Source of the DNA: an uncultured delta proteobacterium
GTDB lineage: Bacteria > Desulfobacterota > RBG-13-43-22
NCBI GenBank assembly: GCA_963802945.1
Contig: CAWDKY010000030.1
Span: 64,001-128,000 of the forward strand
Reading direction: 5' to 3'
Length of the DNA stretch: 64,000 nucleotides
A program made the translations under genes and the position numbers. This document shows positions 27,698-37,335 of the stretch, piece after piece. Under the pieces are notes generated by a model. The model searched no databases, was not told where the DNA came from, and was given only the letters and a program-made list of their open reading frames with translations. The first letter of the stretch is position 1. Each line of letters begins with the position of its first letter.

Positions 27698-28399
27698 ATG
27701 AAAGAAACACTCATCACACTTGACAACCTGAGTATAGGGTACAACGGCCAGTCTGTTCTGTCTGGAATCTCGCTCTCTCTCGTCCGGGCCAGCTTCACTG
27801 CCATTCTGGGTATCAACGGTTCGGGCAAATCGACTCTGCTCAAGACAATAATTGGACTGCTTCCCCCAACCGCAGGCCGCATTGACTCCGGACCGCTCAT
27901 GTTCGGTTACGTCCCCCAATCCATTCAGCTCGATCCGGTTTATCTGCTGACGGGGTTTGAAGTTGCCCTGATGGGTGCCTACGGACGAATCCGACCTGGG
28001 CATTTTGTCCCGCCGACCGAACGGGCCTTCACGCGGGAATGCCTAGGCGCGGCAGGTGCTGAAGAGTTTGCCGTGAAGCGGTTTGCCGAGCTCTCCGGCG
28101 GTCAGAAGCAACGGGTGCTCATCGCCCGAGCCCTGACGACGCGTCCTGACGTCCTGGTGCTCGACGAACCTACCGCGGGTGTAGACCAAGCAGCGACGCA
28201 AGCGGTGCTGGAGTTTCTTGAACAAATACGTAAGGAAAAGAAGATCACGATCTTGCTTGTCACGCACGACTTTGCGATGGTGCGCCATCACGCCGAGCAA
28301 GTCATCTGGCTTCACGAAGGCAAGGTGCTCCACGGTACCACGGACGAACTGCTCACCCGGGAGAAAATGGCGGAAATTTTTGAAATGGAGGTCGGCTGA
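27698..28399 (+). CDS. ZnuC-type ABC ATPase
   Basis: GINGSGKS, GYVPQ, LSGGQKQRV, LVLDEP, VTHD. Confidence 0.92.
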   Translation: MKETLITLDNLSIGYNGQSVLSGISLSLVRASFTAILGINGSGKSTLLKTIIGLLPPTAGRIDSGPLMFGYVPQSIQLDPVYLLTGFEVALMGAYGRIRPGHFVPPTERAFTRECLGAAGAEEFAVKRFAELSGGQKQRVLIARALTTRPDVLVLDEPTAGVDQAATQAVLEFLEQIRKEKKITILLVTHDFAMVRHHAEQVIWLHEGKVLHGTTDELLTREKMAEIFEMEVG

Positions 28400-28400
28400 T

Positions 28401-29292
28401 ATGGAAACGTTATATCAGATTCTCACACCCGATTTTCTCCTACGTAACTCAGTTTATGCCAGCGTGCTCATCGGCTTTGCTTGCCCGCTCGTCGGTGTGT
28501 TTCTGGTGATGCGCCGGCTGGTGTTCATGGGCGTGGCCCTGCCGCAGATTTCCTCTACGGGCATCGCTATCGCCCTCTCGCTTCCCTTGTGGCTCGGATT
28601 CAAACTGGCCGATCATGGCTCACAAAGCGCCCACGCGCTTGCATTTGTGGGCTCGACGATCTTTTCGTTGACCGCAATCCTGGTGCTGGCCTTTCTGGAA
28701 CGGCGCGGGCAGGGCCTGCCCGAAGGTCGACTTGGATCAGCTTACGTCGTGGCCTCCGCATTGAGTATCCTGTTGCTGTCAAAAAACCCCTACGGCGAAA
28801 TCGGTTGGCTGGACCTGCTGAAGGGGGAGGTCATTACCATCTCCAATTTCGATCTCATACTGACGGTAGCCACCCTTACACTCGTTCTTGCAGTGCTTGG
28901 GCTGTTCCACAAGGAGTTGCTTCTCGTCTCGTTCGACCGCGTGATGGCCATTACACTTCGCAAAAATGTCGTTTTCTGGGACGTATTGCTTTATTTACTG
29001 ATTGGCCTGACCGTTTCCATGGCAGTACTCAGTGTCGGTCCGCTGATTGCCTTCGGATTTTTGCTGATTCCCGCGCTGACGGCACACCTGTTCGCACGGA
29101 AATATGCGCAACTTCACGGCGCTGGCCTCTTTGATCGGCGGCACAGCCGCCTTCCTCGGCTTCTGGACCGCCTATCAATGGGATTTACCGGTCGGCCCGA
29201 CCGATGTCGTTCTCCTGGGTGTACTCTATGCAACAGCCGGAGTTATCGCCAAGCTGCTCTCCGGCGGTCCACGACAGTCTCAAAAAGCTTAG
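28401..29292 (+). CDS. ZnuB-type ABC permease, frameshift near 29100
   Basis: GVFLVMRRLVFMGVAL, KELLLVSFD, GPLIAFGFLLIPA; C-terminus continues in ORF 29104..29292 (DLPVGP). Confidence 0.88.
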
Positions 29293-29420
29293 ACTGCACA
29301 GTTCATAGATGGGCCAGCAGTTTTGAAGGAACCGGCAGCACTTTTCAGAGAAAAAGGCTTCCATTCGGCTTTTAAGGATTTTTCTACAAACTCGTTAGGC
29401 TGAAACAGGGGGATACCAAG

Positions 29421-30032
29421 ATGCGAAATGCTTTGCGATTCTCGCTTATATTCATTGCTTTCCTATCACCGTTTCTTGGCCAACAGCCTATGGCTGCACC
29501 GGCAGAACAAAAGGAGATTCGAGCCGAAGGGGGAATCGAAAACTACGAGGCTGTCAGACACACTCTCGAGTTGAACGCCGCCGAAGACCCTGTCCGCCTA
29601 CTGTCCCTGCACAAGTCGTCCATTGTTGTCGCAGAGGCAAGGTTCATGTATAACGGGAACGGTACGTTCACGGACATGAAGCGGAAAATAATGTGGCAAC
29701 AAGGTGATAATGGGAAAGAGGTCACCTTCCAGGAGGCTCAGCAGTACTGCAAGACTCTACGGCTGGGTGGCTATACTGATTGGCGTCTGCCCGGACCGGA
29801 CGAACAAGAGACCGCAGTGGTTTTCGAATTGATGAGGCCCAGACATGCTCGCGATGTCTATGCCCATTTTGATCTCTATTGGTCATCAGACCCCACGGTC
29901 TTGCTCCCTTTCAATTATCGACCCGCTCATGGGACGCAGGTCTCGAGGACATACCCTGCAAAAGGCGACGACAGAGCCTTCGTAAGGGCTGTCCGTTCGT
30001 TAGGGTCTGCTAAACCCGACAGCGATAGCTAA
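29421..30032 (+). CDS. Secreted DUF1566 (Lcl C-terminal-like) protein
   Basis: NGNGTFTD..IMWQQ..AQQYCKTLRLGGYTDWRLP..YWSS..VRAVR. Confidence 0.82.
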   Translation: MRNALRFSLIFIAFLSPFLGQQPMAAPAEQKEIRAEGGIENYEAVRHTLELNAAEDPVRLLSLHKSSIVVAEARFMYNGNGTFTDMKRKIMWQQGDNGKEVTFQEAQQYCKTLRLGGYTDWRLPGPDEQETAVVFELMRPRHARDVYAHFDLYWSSDPTVLLPFNYRPAHGTQVSRTYPAKGDDRAFVRAVRSLGSAKPDSDS

Positions 30033-30448
30033 GGGAATTTTCCGAATGGGAAATAAATATCGTCATGATTTTAGAGTAAAGGAAAAATAGAAATCAAATA
30101 AGAATGACCAAACCACAAGATCAAGCGGTGGTAGATCGAAAAGACTTTCGCTTAGGCGGGATTAAAGTTAATATAGTTTATAAGATCGCTTTTAACGATA
30201 AAGCTGATTTCTATTATTGAACCCCTGACACGGTCTTTGTAAGTGAAAAGTTGTCTCTTTCTATAGAAGTTGAAAGAATCGCCCTGGAGGGATAAAGGGG
30301 GAAACCTGATTTTGAAGATTCAAATTTCCCCCAAATCATATATCTCTATTCTCAAAGATAAATTCTCCACCTACCAACCGCCAGATCATCCCCAACCATA
30401 TTATCTGGCTACGCAGGGCACCCCCCAAACCGTTTTAACCGATTACGG

Positions 30449-30922
30449 CTATCTCATGCTATACCCGCGTGCATCCAGGCAGGCACCCATCGCCCTTAGA
30501 TAGTTCGCACTCATTTGAGTTATCTGATTTCCAAGCATATTATCAGGCGGCGGCTTACTCGGGTCGTATCCGGTTTGGCCCACAGCCCAACTGTGGCACT
30601 CGTTACGATCAGTCATCTGTTTCTCTTGGCTCTGGCCCTGGTGGGGATAGATGAACAACTGGCCCCCTGAGGGTGTTGCCTGATTGCCTTCGTCTGGAGG
30701 TGGATTGTAATAGGCCGGTGGCGGCGGATAATAATAGGTTGGAGGAGGATAATAATAGGCCGGAGGGTAGTAATACCGTGGAGCCAGGCTCCAGCCTATG
30801 ACACTTCCGACAATCAATCCGGGAAGGAGCCAGCCTTCGCCGCGAAAAGCATTGGCCTGTTTGGCCGGTATTAATAGAGTTAACATCAAAAGGATACTTA
30901 GCAAACAAATGAGTTTTTTCAT
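30449..30922 (-). CDS. Secreted Tyr/Pro-rich hypothetical protein
   Basis: Signal peptide, YYYPPP repeats, IYPHQGQSQEKQ..ECHSWA..CLDARGYS domain; AAGGAGG RBS. Confidence 0.75.
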   Translation of the reverse strand: MKKLICLLSILLMLTLLIPAKQANAFRGEGWLLPGLIVGSVIGWSLAPRYYYPPAYYYPPPTYYYPPPPAYYNPPPDEGNQATPSGGQLFIYPHQGQSQEKQMTDRNECHSWAVGQTGYDPSKPPPDNMLGNQITQMSANYLRAMGACLDARGYSMR

Positions 30923-31173
30923 TGTTTTCTTGACCTCCTTAGAACTGGTTTATCTAATAACAAGTTAACTGAATTTTTATTTCGACCACCATTATAACTT
31001 AAATAAAAAATTCTTATTTTATCGAAGTTTGTTTATAACATTATTCGGCTCAATCTCTTTTTCTATTTTCTGACCTGATGGATAGTCCCATTAACATCTG
31101 CTCCTTATTGTTCTTAGATACCAAAGTCTAATACCAGGTTAAATTTATGTTAAAAATTTTTCTTCTATTTATT

Positions 31174-31317
31174 GAGGTTCTTGCAAATTTCTCAAATTTC
31201 GTCACACTGGCGTAAGCGAGTGTCTAGAATGCAATGAAAAGACTGGATTCCGGCTGGAGTCTATCCCGCACTTGATGCGGGGCCGGAATGACATCACTGG
31301 ACTTTTGCAAGAGGCTC
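31174..31317. repeat. REP-like composite palindromic element, copy 2
   Basis: Outer IR GAGGTTCTTGCAAA..TTTGCAAGAGGCTC; shares the exact 30-bp core with 2937-2966. Confidence 0.75.
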
Positions 31318-31413
31318 TATTATTACATGATTTTTAACCGAACCCCGATAGGTTATTTATAAAAACAGGGGAGGAAATGTTTTTTCCTAAGATCATATCC
31401 TCTTTGCTCTTCC

Positions 31414-31458
31414 TTGCAATTTTCAATAAACTTTTCTTTCGTTTCTTGAGAAACGCAA
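31414..31458. promoter_or_regulatory. Putative tandem enhancer (UAS) sites for a sigma54 activator
   Basis: TTGCAATTTTCAA (31414-26) and TTGAGAAACGCAA (31446-58), TTG-N7-CAA, 32 bp apart, upstream of a -24/-12 box. Confidence 0.55.
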
Positions 31459-31521
31459 GACCTCAATTCAACCCAATAACCAAACTTACTAATTTTTCAC
31501 TAAGTTATGGGTAAAAATTTA

Positions 31522-31537
31522 TGGCATGTCCTTTGCT
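31522..31537 (+). promoter_or_regulatory. Sigma54 (-24/-12) promoter of the kdp operon
   Basis: TGGCATG-TCCT-TTGCT with GG-N10-GC spacing. Confidence 0.8.
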
Positions 31538-31601
31538 TATTTTTAATTGAGATAAATTTATATCCGATCAATTCTTAACTAAAGACTGGAGGATTTTCGA
31601 A

Positions 31602-31697
31602 ATGACTCTTTTAATCTGGTTGCTGGTCTTGTTTCTCTTGGGCCTGGGGATGATGGGACTGTGTTACCTTTTCATGATGGGTTGCGACAGGGTATAA
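31602..31697 (+). CDS. 31-aa membrane peptide upstream of kdpF
   Basis: GGAGG RBS; MTLLIWLLVLFLLGLGMMGLCYLFMMGCDRV. Confidence 0.75.
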   Translation: MTLLIWLLVLFLLGLGMMGLCYLFMMGCDRV

Positions 31698-31718
31698 AAC
31701 AGACAGGAGGTGATAGCG

Positions 31719-31799
31719 ATGATCTATCTGACAGTGGTTGTAGCGGTCTTCTTGTTTGTTTATTTGGTAGTGGCCCTGATACGGCCGGAATGGTTTTAA
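31719..31799 (+). CDS. kdpF: K+-transporting ATPase subunit F
   Basis: AGGAGG RBS; MIYLTVVVAVFLFVYLVVALIRPEWF (YL..AL.RPE.F signature). Confidence 0.9.
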   Translation: MIYLTVVVAVFLFVYLVVALIRPEWF

Positions 31800-31845
31800 A
31801 AAAAGGCCGCAATGGATATTTGGGATACTGAAAGGAGTTAAAACA

Positions 31846-33675
31846 ATGTTTACCCAAACCTGGTTCCTTCCTTTTGCGCTTCTGGCAACAGCGACTCTTA
31901 TTGCATTCCCGTTAAGTCGCTACATGGCCTGGATCATGGATGGAAAATACCGGCCCTGGCCCATCCTGGGCTGGTTCGAAAAACGCCTGGACAGCGGCCC
32001 CCAGAACTGGAAACAATACGCCGGATCCTTGCTGGTCTTTAATGCCGTCCTTTTCTCCTACGGCTATGTAGTCCTGGCCCTACAGCCCTGGATGCCATTG
32101 AACCCCGACGGCAAGGGGATGATATCCCCCAGCACCATTTTTCAGGCCGTCACTTCGTTCATGACCAATACGGACCTCCAACACTATTCCGGAGAGCAAG
32201 TTTTATCCAACTTCAGTCAGATTTTTTTCGGCATCTCCATGCTCTTCATATCGGCCGCGGTCGGCCTCAGTGCTCTGACTGCCATCATCCGGGCCTTACG
32301 CAGTGACGCCAAGCTCGGCAATTATTTCCTGGATATGTGGCGAGCGGTGGTTTACATGTTCGTCCCCATCTGCATTGTCATAAGCTTCATGTTTATCTAC
32401 CAAGGCAGCCCCATGACCTTCAAAAGCTCTTATCAGGTCTCCACCCTCGAGCCTGCGGCCCTGGGAACCACAGACAAAGGCGAGGTCAAGCAGCAGACCA
32501 TCGTGGTCGGGCCGGTGGCGGCCTGGGAATCCATCAAGATGATCGGGACCAATGGGGGGGGGTTCCACGGTATGAACGCCGCACACCCCTTTGAAAATCC
32601 CACCGGTTTGACGAATTTTGTAAACTGTCTGTCCATGATGATCTTCCCTTTTGCCCTGGTGTTTATGTACGGCCGGATGCTCAATCGCCAGCGACATGCC
32701 TATATTATTTTTTCGGTCATGATGGTCTTAATGATCGGCACCATTGTCTGGTCAATCGCCTTTGACACCCTAAAACCCAACCCAGGGCTGACTGGTCATC
32801 CCATGGCCAGAACCTTTGAGATCCCCAGCGCTACGGCACCAGGGGGAAAGCGGGTCGTATCCCTGCCGGCAGTCGCCGGCTTGCCGGTGGACCAGCACCT
32901 GGGCAATCTTGAAGGCAAAGAAATGCGCTTCGGCACCTCGGCCGGAGCTACCTATGCCGCGGTGACGGTAGACGTGACTTGTGGATCTGTGAACGCCGAA
33001 GCCGATAGTCTCAACCCAGTTGCCGCCTTGTCGCCCATGGTCGGCATGTGGCTCAACTGCATTTACGGCGGCAAAGGGGTTGGAATGATCAACATGTTGA
33101 TCTACATCATCATCGGTATCTTCGTGGCCGGTATGATGGTGGGCAGGACGCCCGAGTATCTGGGCAAAAAAATCGGTGCCCGGGAGGTAAAGCTGGCCAT
33201 CGTCACCCTGCTGGTCCATCCGTTTTTGATTCTCCTCCCTACCGGACTCTTCGCGGCCACGACCTGGGGACTTCAAGCGGTCAGCAATCCCGGTGCCCAT
33301 GGTCTTTCACAAATGCTCTACCAGTTCTCTTCGGCTTCGGCCAATAACGGCTCGGCCTTTGATGGATTGGGGGTGGCCTATGGTTTGGCCAACAATCCGA
33401 ACCCGGCGCCGACAGCCATCCCCTGGAATATCGCCGCCGGTCTGGTGATGATTATCGGCCGCTATCTCCCGATTATTGCCCCGATGGCCATGGCGGCCTT
33501 TCTCGGAGCCAAAAAATCGAGTCCTTTTGGTCTGGGAACCCTGCGCACCGATACCGGTACCTTTGGCATCCTCTTGCTCGGAACGATTCTGATCATCGGG
33601 GCCTTGCTCTTCCTGCCGGTGGCCGTACTGGGCCCGATAGCCGAGCATTTCGGGCCTATCCCTTTCGGTGGCTAA
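31846..33675 (+). CDS. kdpA: K+-transporting ATPase subunit A
   Basis: SFMTNTDLQHYSGE, GTNGGG, HPFENPT, NLEGKEMRFG, GRTPEYLGKKI, ANNGSAF. Confidence 0.96.
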   Translation: MFTQTWFLPFALLATATLIAFPLSRYMAWIMDGKYRPWPILGWFEKRLDSGPQNWKQYAGSLLVFNAVLFSYGYVVLALQPWMPLNPDGKGMISPSTIFQAVTSFMTNTDLQHYSGEQVLSNFSQIFFGISMLFISAAVGLSALTAIIRALRSDAKLGNYFLDMWRAVVYMFVPICIVISFMFIYQGSPMTFKSSYQVSTLEPAALGTTDKGEVKQQTIVVGPVAAWESIKMIGTNGGGFHGMNAAHPFENPTGLTNFVNCLSMMIFPFALVFMYGRMLNRQRHAYIIFSVMMVLMIGTIVWSIAFDTLKPNPGLTGHPMARTFEIPSATAPGGKRVVSLPAVAGLPVDQHLGNLEGKEMRFGTSAGATYAAVTVDVTCGSVNAEADSLNPVAALSPMVGMWLNCIYGGKGVGMINMLIYIIIGIFVAGMMVGRTPEYLGKKIGAREVKLAIVTLLVHPFLILLPTGLFAATTWGLQAVSNPGAHGLSQMLYQFSSASANNGSAFDGLGVAYGLANNPNPAPTAIPWNIAAGLVMIIGRYLPIIAPMAMAAFLGAKKSSPFGLGTLRTDTGTFGILLLGTILIIGALLFLPVAVLGPIAEHFGPIPFGG

Positions 33676-33758
33676 TTGGAGGATTGGAGTATTGGAGTAC
33701 TGGAATTTCGGAATGATGGTCTGAAAAAATCAATACTCCATCATGCCAGTACTCCATT
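33676..33758. repeat. Degenerate 8-mer (TTGGAGTA-like) repeat forming an intergenic hairpin
   Basis: TTGGAGGA TTGGAGTA TTGGAGTA CTGGAATT.. mirrored by ..TACTCCA TCATGCCA GTACTCCA. Confidence 0.6.
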
Positions 33759-33784
33759 AACTCATTTTAAAAAAGGAGTTTGAC

Positions 33785-35947
33785 ATGAATAACGAACCAA
33801 ATACATCTGAAGCCGTTTTGGAGAATCCTTTGGCTCCAGAGCAACCCCGCCCGTCTCGTCGTATAAAACGAAGAGGACTGTTGGAGAAGGGACCGGCCAT
33901 AGCGGCCTTGAAGCAGGCCGTTGTCATGTTGCGACCGGATATTCAGTGGAAAAATCCCGTCATGTTCGTGGTCGAGGTCGGAGCCGTGCTGACCCTTTTT
34001 TTCATTGTCCAGAAGGCCTGGGGCGGAGCGGCCAGCCAGATACCGATAAACTATTTTATTGCTCTTGATGCCTGGTTGTTTCTGACCGTGCTCTTTGCCA
34101 ACTTTGCTACGGCCCTGGCCGAGGCTCGGGGTAAGGCCCAGGCCCAATCACTCAGGCAGGCCCGTCACGACACGATAGCCTATCGCCTGAATCCGGCGGG
34201 CGGCATCGAGGAAGTTTCTTCAACGGCTTTGCAACCGGGCGATCGAGTGGTGGTGGAAGCCGGACAAACGATTCCCGGCGATGGGGAAATTATTGAAGGG
34301 GTCGCTACCGTCAACGAGTCGGCCATCACCGGCGAGTCGGCGCCGGTCATTCGCGCCGCAGGCAGCGATCGGTCCGGCGTGACCGGTGGCACCGTGGTCC
34401 TCTCCGATCGGATCGTTGTTCAGATCACCAGCGGCGCCGGCGATTCGTTCCTCGACAAGATGATCGTCCTAGTCGAGGGAGCCATCCGTCAGCGAAGTCC
34501 AAATGAAATCGCCTTGACCCTTTTGCTCTCGGCCTTTACCCTGGTTTTCTTGATTGTGGTCATTCCGATTTGGCCCATGGCCTGGAACGCCGAACAATAT
34601 ATGAAGGGCTACCTGGGTATCCAGGAACCCCTGAAAAGTCTCGGCACGGATATTCCTACCCTGATTGCCCTCTTGGTCTGTCTGATTCCCACCACTATTG
34701 GGGCCTTGCTGGCCGCCATCGGAATCGCCGGCATGGATCGCGCCCTGCAGGCCAACATCATCGCCAAAAGCGGTAAGGCCGTGGAAATGGCCGGGGACAT
34801 CGATATAGTGATGTTGGATAAGACCGGCACCATCACCGTAGGGAACCGGAATGCCACCACCTTCTTGCCGGTCGGTAAGTATTCGGCGGCCGATGTCGGG
34901 AAACTGGCTGCCCTGGCCTCGGCCGCTGATGAGACGCCCGAGGGGAAAAGCATCGTGGCCTTATTCGAAAAACAAACCGACTTCCCAACCATTGTGCCGC
35001 CTGAGGCACGGTTCGTGCCTTTTACCGCCCAAACCCGCATGAGCGGCATCGATCTTCCGGAAGGGCAGCAAATACGGAAAGGGGCCTCTGATGCCGTCAT
35101 CGAATTCGTCAAGAGCAACCACGGCAGCGTACCGGATGATCTCAGGGGATTGGTGGATTCAGTGGCCTCTAAAGGCGCTACTCCTCTGGTTGTGGCTGAT
35201 GGCCCTCAAATCGCCGGCTTAGTCGTTCTTGAGGATATTTTGAAACCCAACATACACGAGCGCTTTGAGCGTCTAAGAAAAATGGGGCTGCGGACCGTTA
35301 TGATCACCGGAGACAACCCGCTAACGGCGGCAACCATCGCTAAAGAGGCTGGCGTGGATGACTTTCTGGCCCAAGCCACACCGGAAACCAAGCTGGCTTA
35401 CATCCGGAAGGAGCAGGCTGCTGGAAAGCTGGTGGCCATGATGGGGGATGGCACGAACGATGCCCCGGCCTTGGCCCAGGCCGATGTGGCCCTGGCTATG
35501 AATGCCGGCACCCAGGCGGCCAAAGAAGCGGCCAATATGGTTGATCTGGACAGTGATCCCACCAAGTTAATTGAAGTAGTGGAAGTCGGAAAACAACTCC
35601 TGGTGACCAGAGGCTCCCTGACGACCTTCTCCATCGCCAACGACGTCGCTAAATACTTTGCCATCATTCCATCTCTGTTTGCGGGCACCTTACCCTGGTT
35701 GAAGATGATCGATATCATGCATCTCCATTCGGCCACCTCGGCCATCCTTTCGGCCGTAATCTTTAATGCCATCATCATCCCCTTACTCATTCCGGTGGCG
35801 CTCAAAGGAGTCAAATTCCGGCCCCTCGGCGCTGACGCTTTATTGCGCCGTAATATGTTGATCTGGGGACTGGGGGGGGTGATTTTACCTTTTATTGGCA
35901 TTAAGCTGATCGACCTCATTATGGCCGGTCTGCATTTGATCAGTTGA
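33785..35947 (+). CDS. kdpB: K+-transporting ATPase subunit B
   Basis: [49 protein letters not shown]. Confidence 0.97.
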   Translation: MNNEPNTSEAVLENPLAPEQPRPSRRIKRRGLLEKGPAIAALKQAVVMLRPDIQWKNPVMFVVEVGAVLTLFFIVQKAWGGAASQIPINYFIALDAWLFLTVLFANFATALAEARGKAQAQSLRQARHDTIAYRLNPAGGIEEVSSTALQPGDRVVVEAGQTIPGDGEIIEGVATVNESAITGESAPVIRAAGSDRSGVTGGTVVLSDRIVVQITSGAGDSFLDKMIVLVEGAIRQRSPNEIALTLLLSAFTLVFLIVVIPIWPMAWNAEQYMKGYLGIQEPLKSLGTDIPTLIALLVCLIPTTIGALLAAIGIAGMDRALQANIIAKSGKAVEMAGDIDIVMLDKTGTITVGNRNATTFLPVGKYSAADVGKLAALASAADETPEGKSIVALFEKQTDFPTIVPPEARFVPFTAQTRMSGIDLPEGQQIRKGASDAVIEFVKSNHGSVPDDLRGLVDSVASKGATPLVVADGPQIAGLVVLEDILKPNIHERFERLRKMGLRTVMITGDNPLTAATIAKEAGVDDFLAQATPETKLAYIRKEQAAGKLVAMMGDGTNDAPALAQADVALAMNAGTQAAKEAANMVDLDSDPTKLIEVVEVGKQLLVTRGSLTTFSIANDVAKYFAIIPSLFAGTLPWLKMIDIMHLHSATSAILSAVIFNAIIIPLLIPVALKGVKFRPLGADALLRRNMLIWGLGGVILPFIGIKLIDLIMAGLHLIS

Positions 35948-35988
35948 CCCTACTGTGAATTAACAGGATGCGGAAAAACTCATTTTTT

Positions 35989-36148
35989 ACAGGTTGCTCA
36001 AAAAGGTCCAGATACAAGGCGCCCGAAACTCCGAGGAATGAGGCGTACATAGAAGTACGTCGCAATAAGCCTGCCCCGCTGAAAGGCGGGGAGGGATGAG
36101 GGCAATCCCGCCGTTGGCGGGATAGATGGGCCTTTTTCAGCAACCTGT
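35989..36148. mobile_element. MITE-like element with ~22-bp terminal inverted repeats, copy 1
   Basis: ACAGGTTGCTCAAAAAGGTCCA..TGGGCCTTTTTCAGCAACCTGT; internal CAAGGCGCCCGAAA..GAGGAATGAG.CGTACATAGAAGTACGT shared with 63153-63279. Confidence 0.8.
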
Positions 36149-36163
36149 TAAGGAGACAAAAAC

Positions 36164-37178
36164 ATGTTACGATATCTTTCAAAAAGCCTTTGGTTGTTGT
36201 TAATCCTGGTAGTCATTTGCTGTGGTCTTTATCCAATGGTCTTGTGGACGATCGGACAGTCGCTCTTTCCCTTCCAGGCCAATGGCAGCCTGGTGCGAGG
36301 TCCCGACGGCAAGCCGGTGGGGTCACGACTCATTGCCCAGCCTTTTACCAAGGATGAATACTTCCAACCTCGTCCATCCGCAGCATCCTACGATGCCAGC
36401 GGCCTCAAATTCCTCGGCCTTGGCGCCTTCCAACTACGCCTTGCGCGACCGGGTCGCCCGCACCCTCGGGCCGATTGTCAAATATCGAAGCGGTTCCAAA
36501 GCCGGACAACTCGTAGCACCGGACATCGAAAGCTGGTTTCAAAAGGATAAGTTTCAGGGCAGCCCGCACATCGTGGCCCAGTGGGCCGACCTGCACAACG
36601 CCCTGGCCCAGGCCTGGGTCAAGGCCGATCCAAAAAACAGCGCCTATGTGGATGCCTGGGCCAAGGCCCATCCCGCCTTAGTGACCCAATGGATCAAGGG
36701 GAATCCAACCACTCCCCAACCGAAGGCTCCCGACCTGGCGGTTTTGTTTTTCGAAAACTTTTCCAAAGGAAACCCCAGCAAGTTTCCTTCAGCCGTCACC
36801 CATAAAGGGGTCGATGGAAAAGAAGTAGCCACCATCGAGCCGATCCAGGAGGGCTCGGACATTCAGTCGATCTTCTTTGATATGTGGCGTCAGGAACATC
36901 CCGAGGCCGACCTCCAGGATGTACCCGGCGATCTGGTTACCGCTTCCGCTTCAGGGCTCGATCCTCATATCACCCTTCAGAATGCCGAATTTCAGCTCGA
37001 ACGCGTTGCCTCAAAATGGGCGGCTAACCTAAAACGCGACCCAAGTCTTGTTCGTAAAGAGATCGAGCAGATATTGCGGAAAAACTCCTCAGCGCCCTTT
37101 GGAGGTCTTGCCGGCGAGAAATTCATTAATGTGCTTGAAGTCAATCTTGAACTAATTAAACGATTCGGAAGGCCATGA
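36164..37178 (+). CDS. kdpC: K+-transporting ATPase subunit C, extended form, frameshift near 36400
   Basis: TM plus FQANGSL..GSRLIAQPF..YFQPRPSA; second frame carries SNYAL, DLVTASASGLDPHI, INVLEVNLEL. Confidence 0.9.
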
Positions 37179-37335
37179 CCGCACAGGTGTAATAAAGGGA
37201 TTGATCATCCGGCCCGAATAAGAAGGAAAATCTTTCTTGCAAATAAAAATCGATCTCTTACAATAATTAGATTAAGAAATAACTTGGCCTGGTACTGGCG
37301 ATAGTTAAAGGTCATTAACTAAGAAAAGGATAGTC

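Noticed and set aside
26825-28003. 392-aa antisense ORF and similar shadow ORFs (4679..5317, 7047..7619, 35398..35919)
   Set aside because: They lie opposite well-supported genes and carry no motifs; typical antisense shadows.
30660-30780. Tyr/Pro-rich repeat as a RiPP precursor or repeat locus
   Set aside because: It is a low-complexity linker inside a secreted protein with no modifying enzymes nearby.
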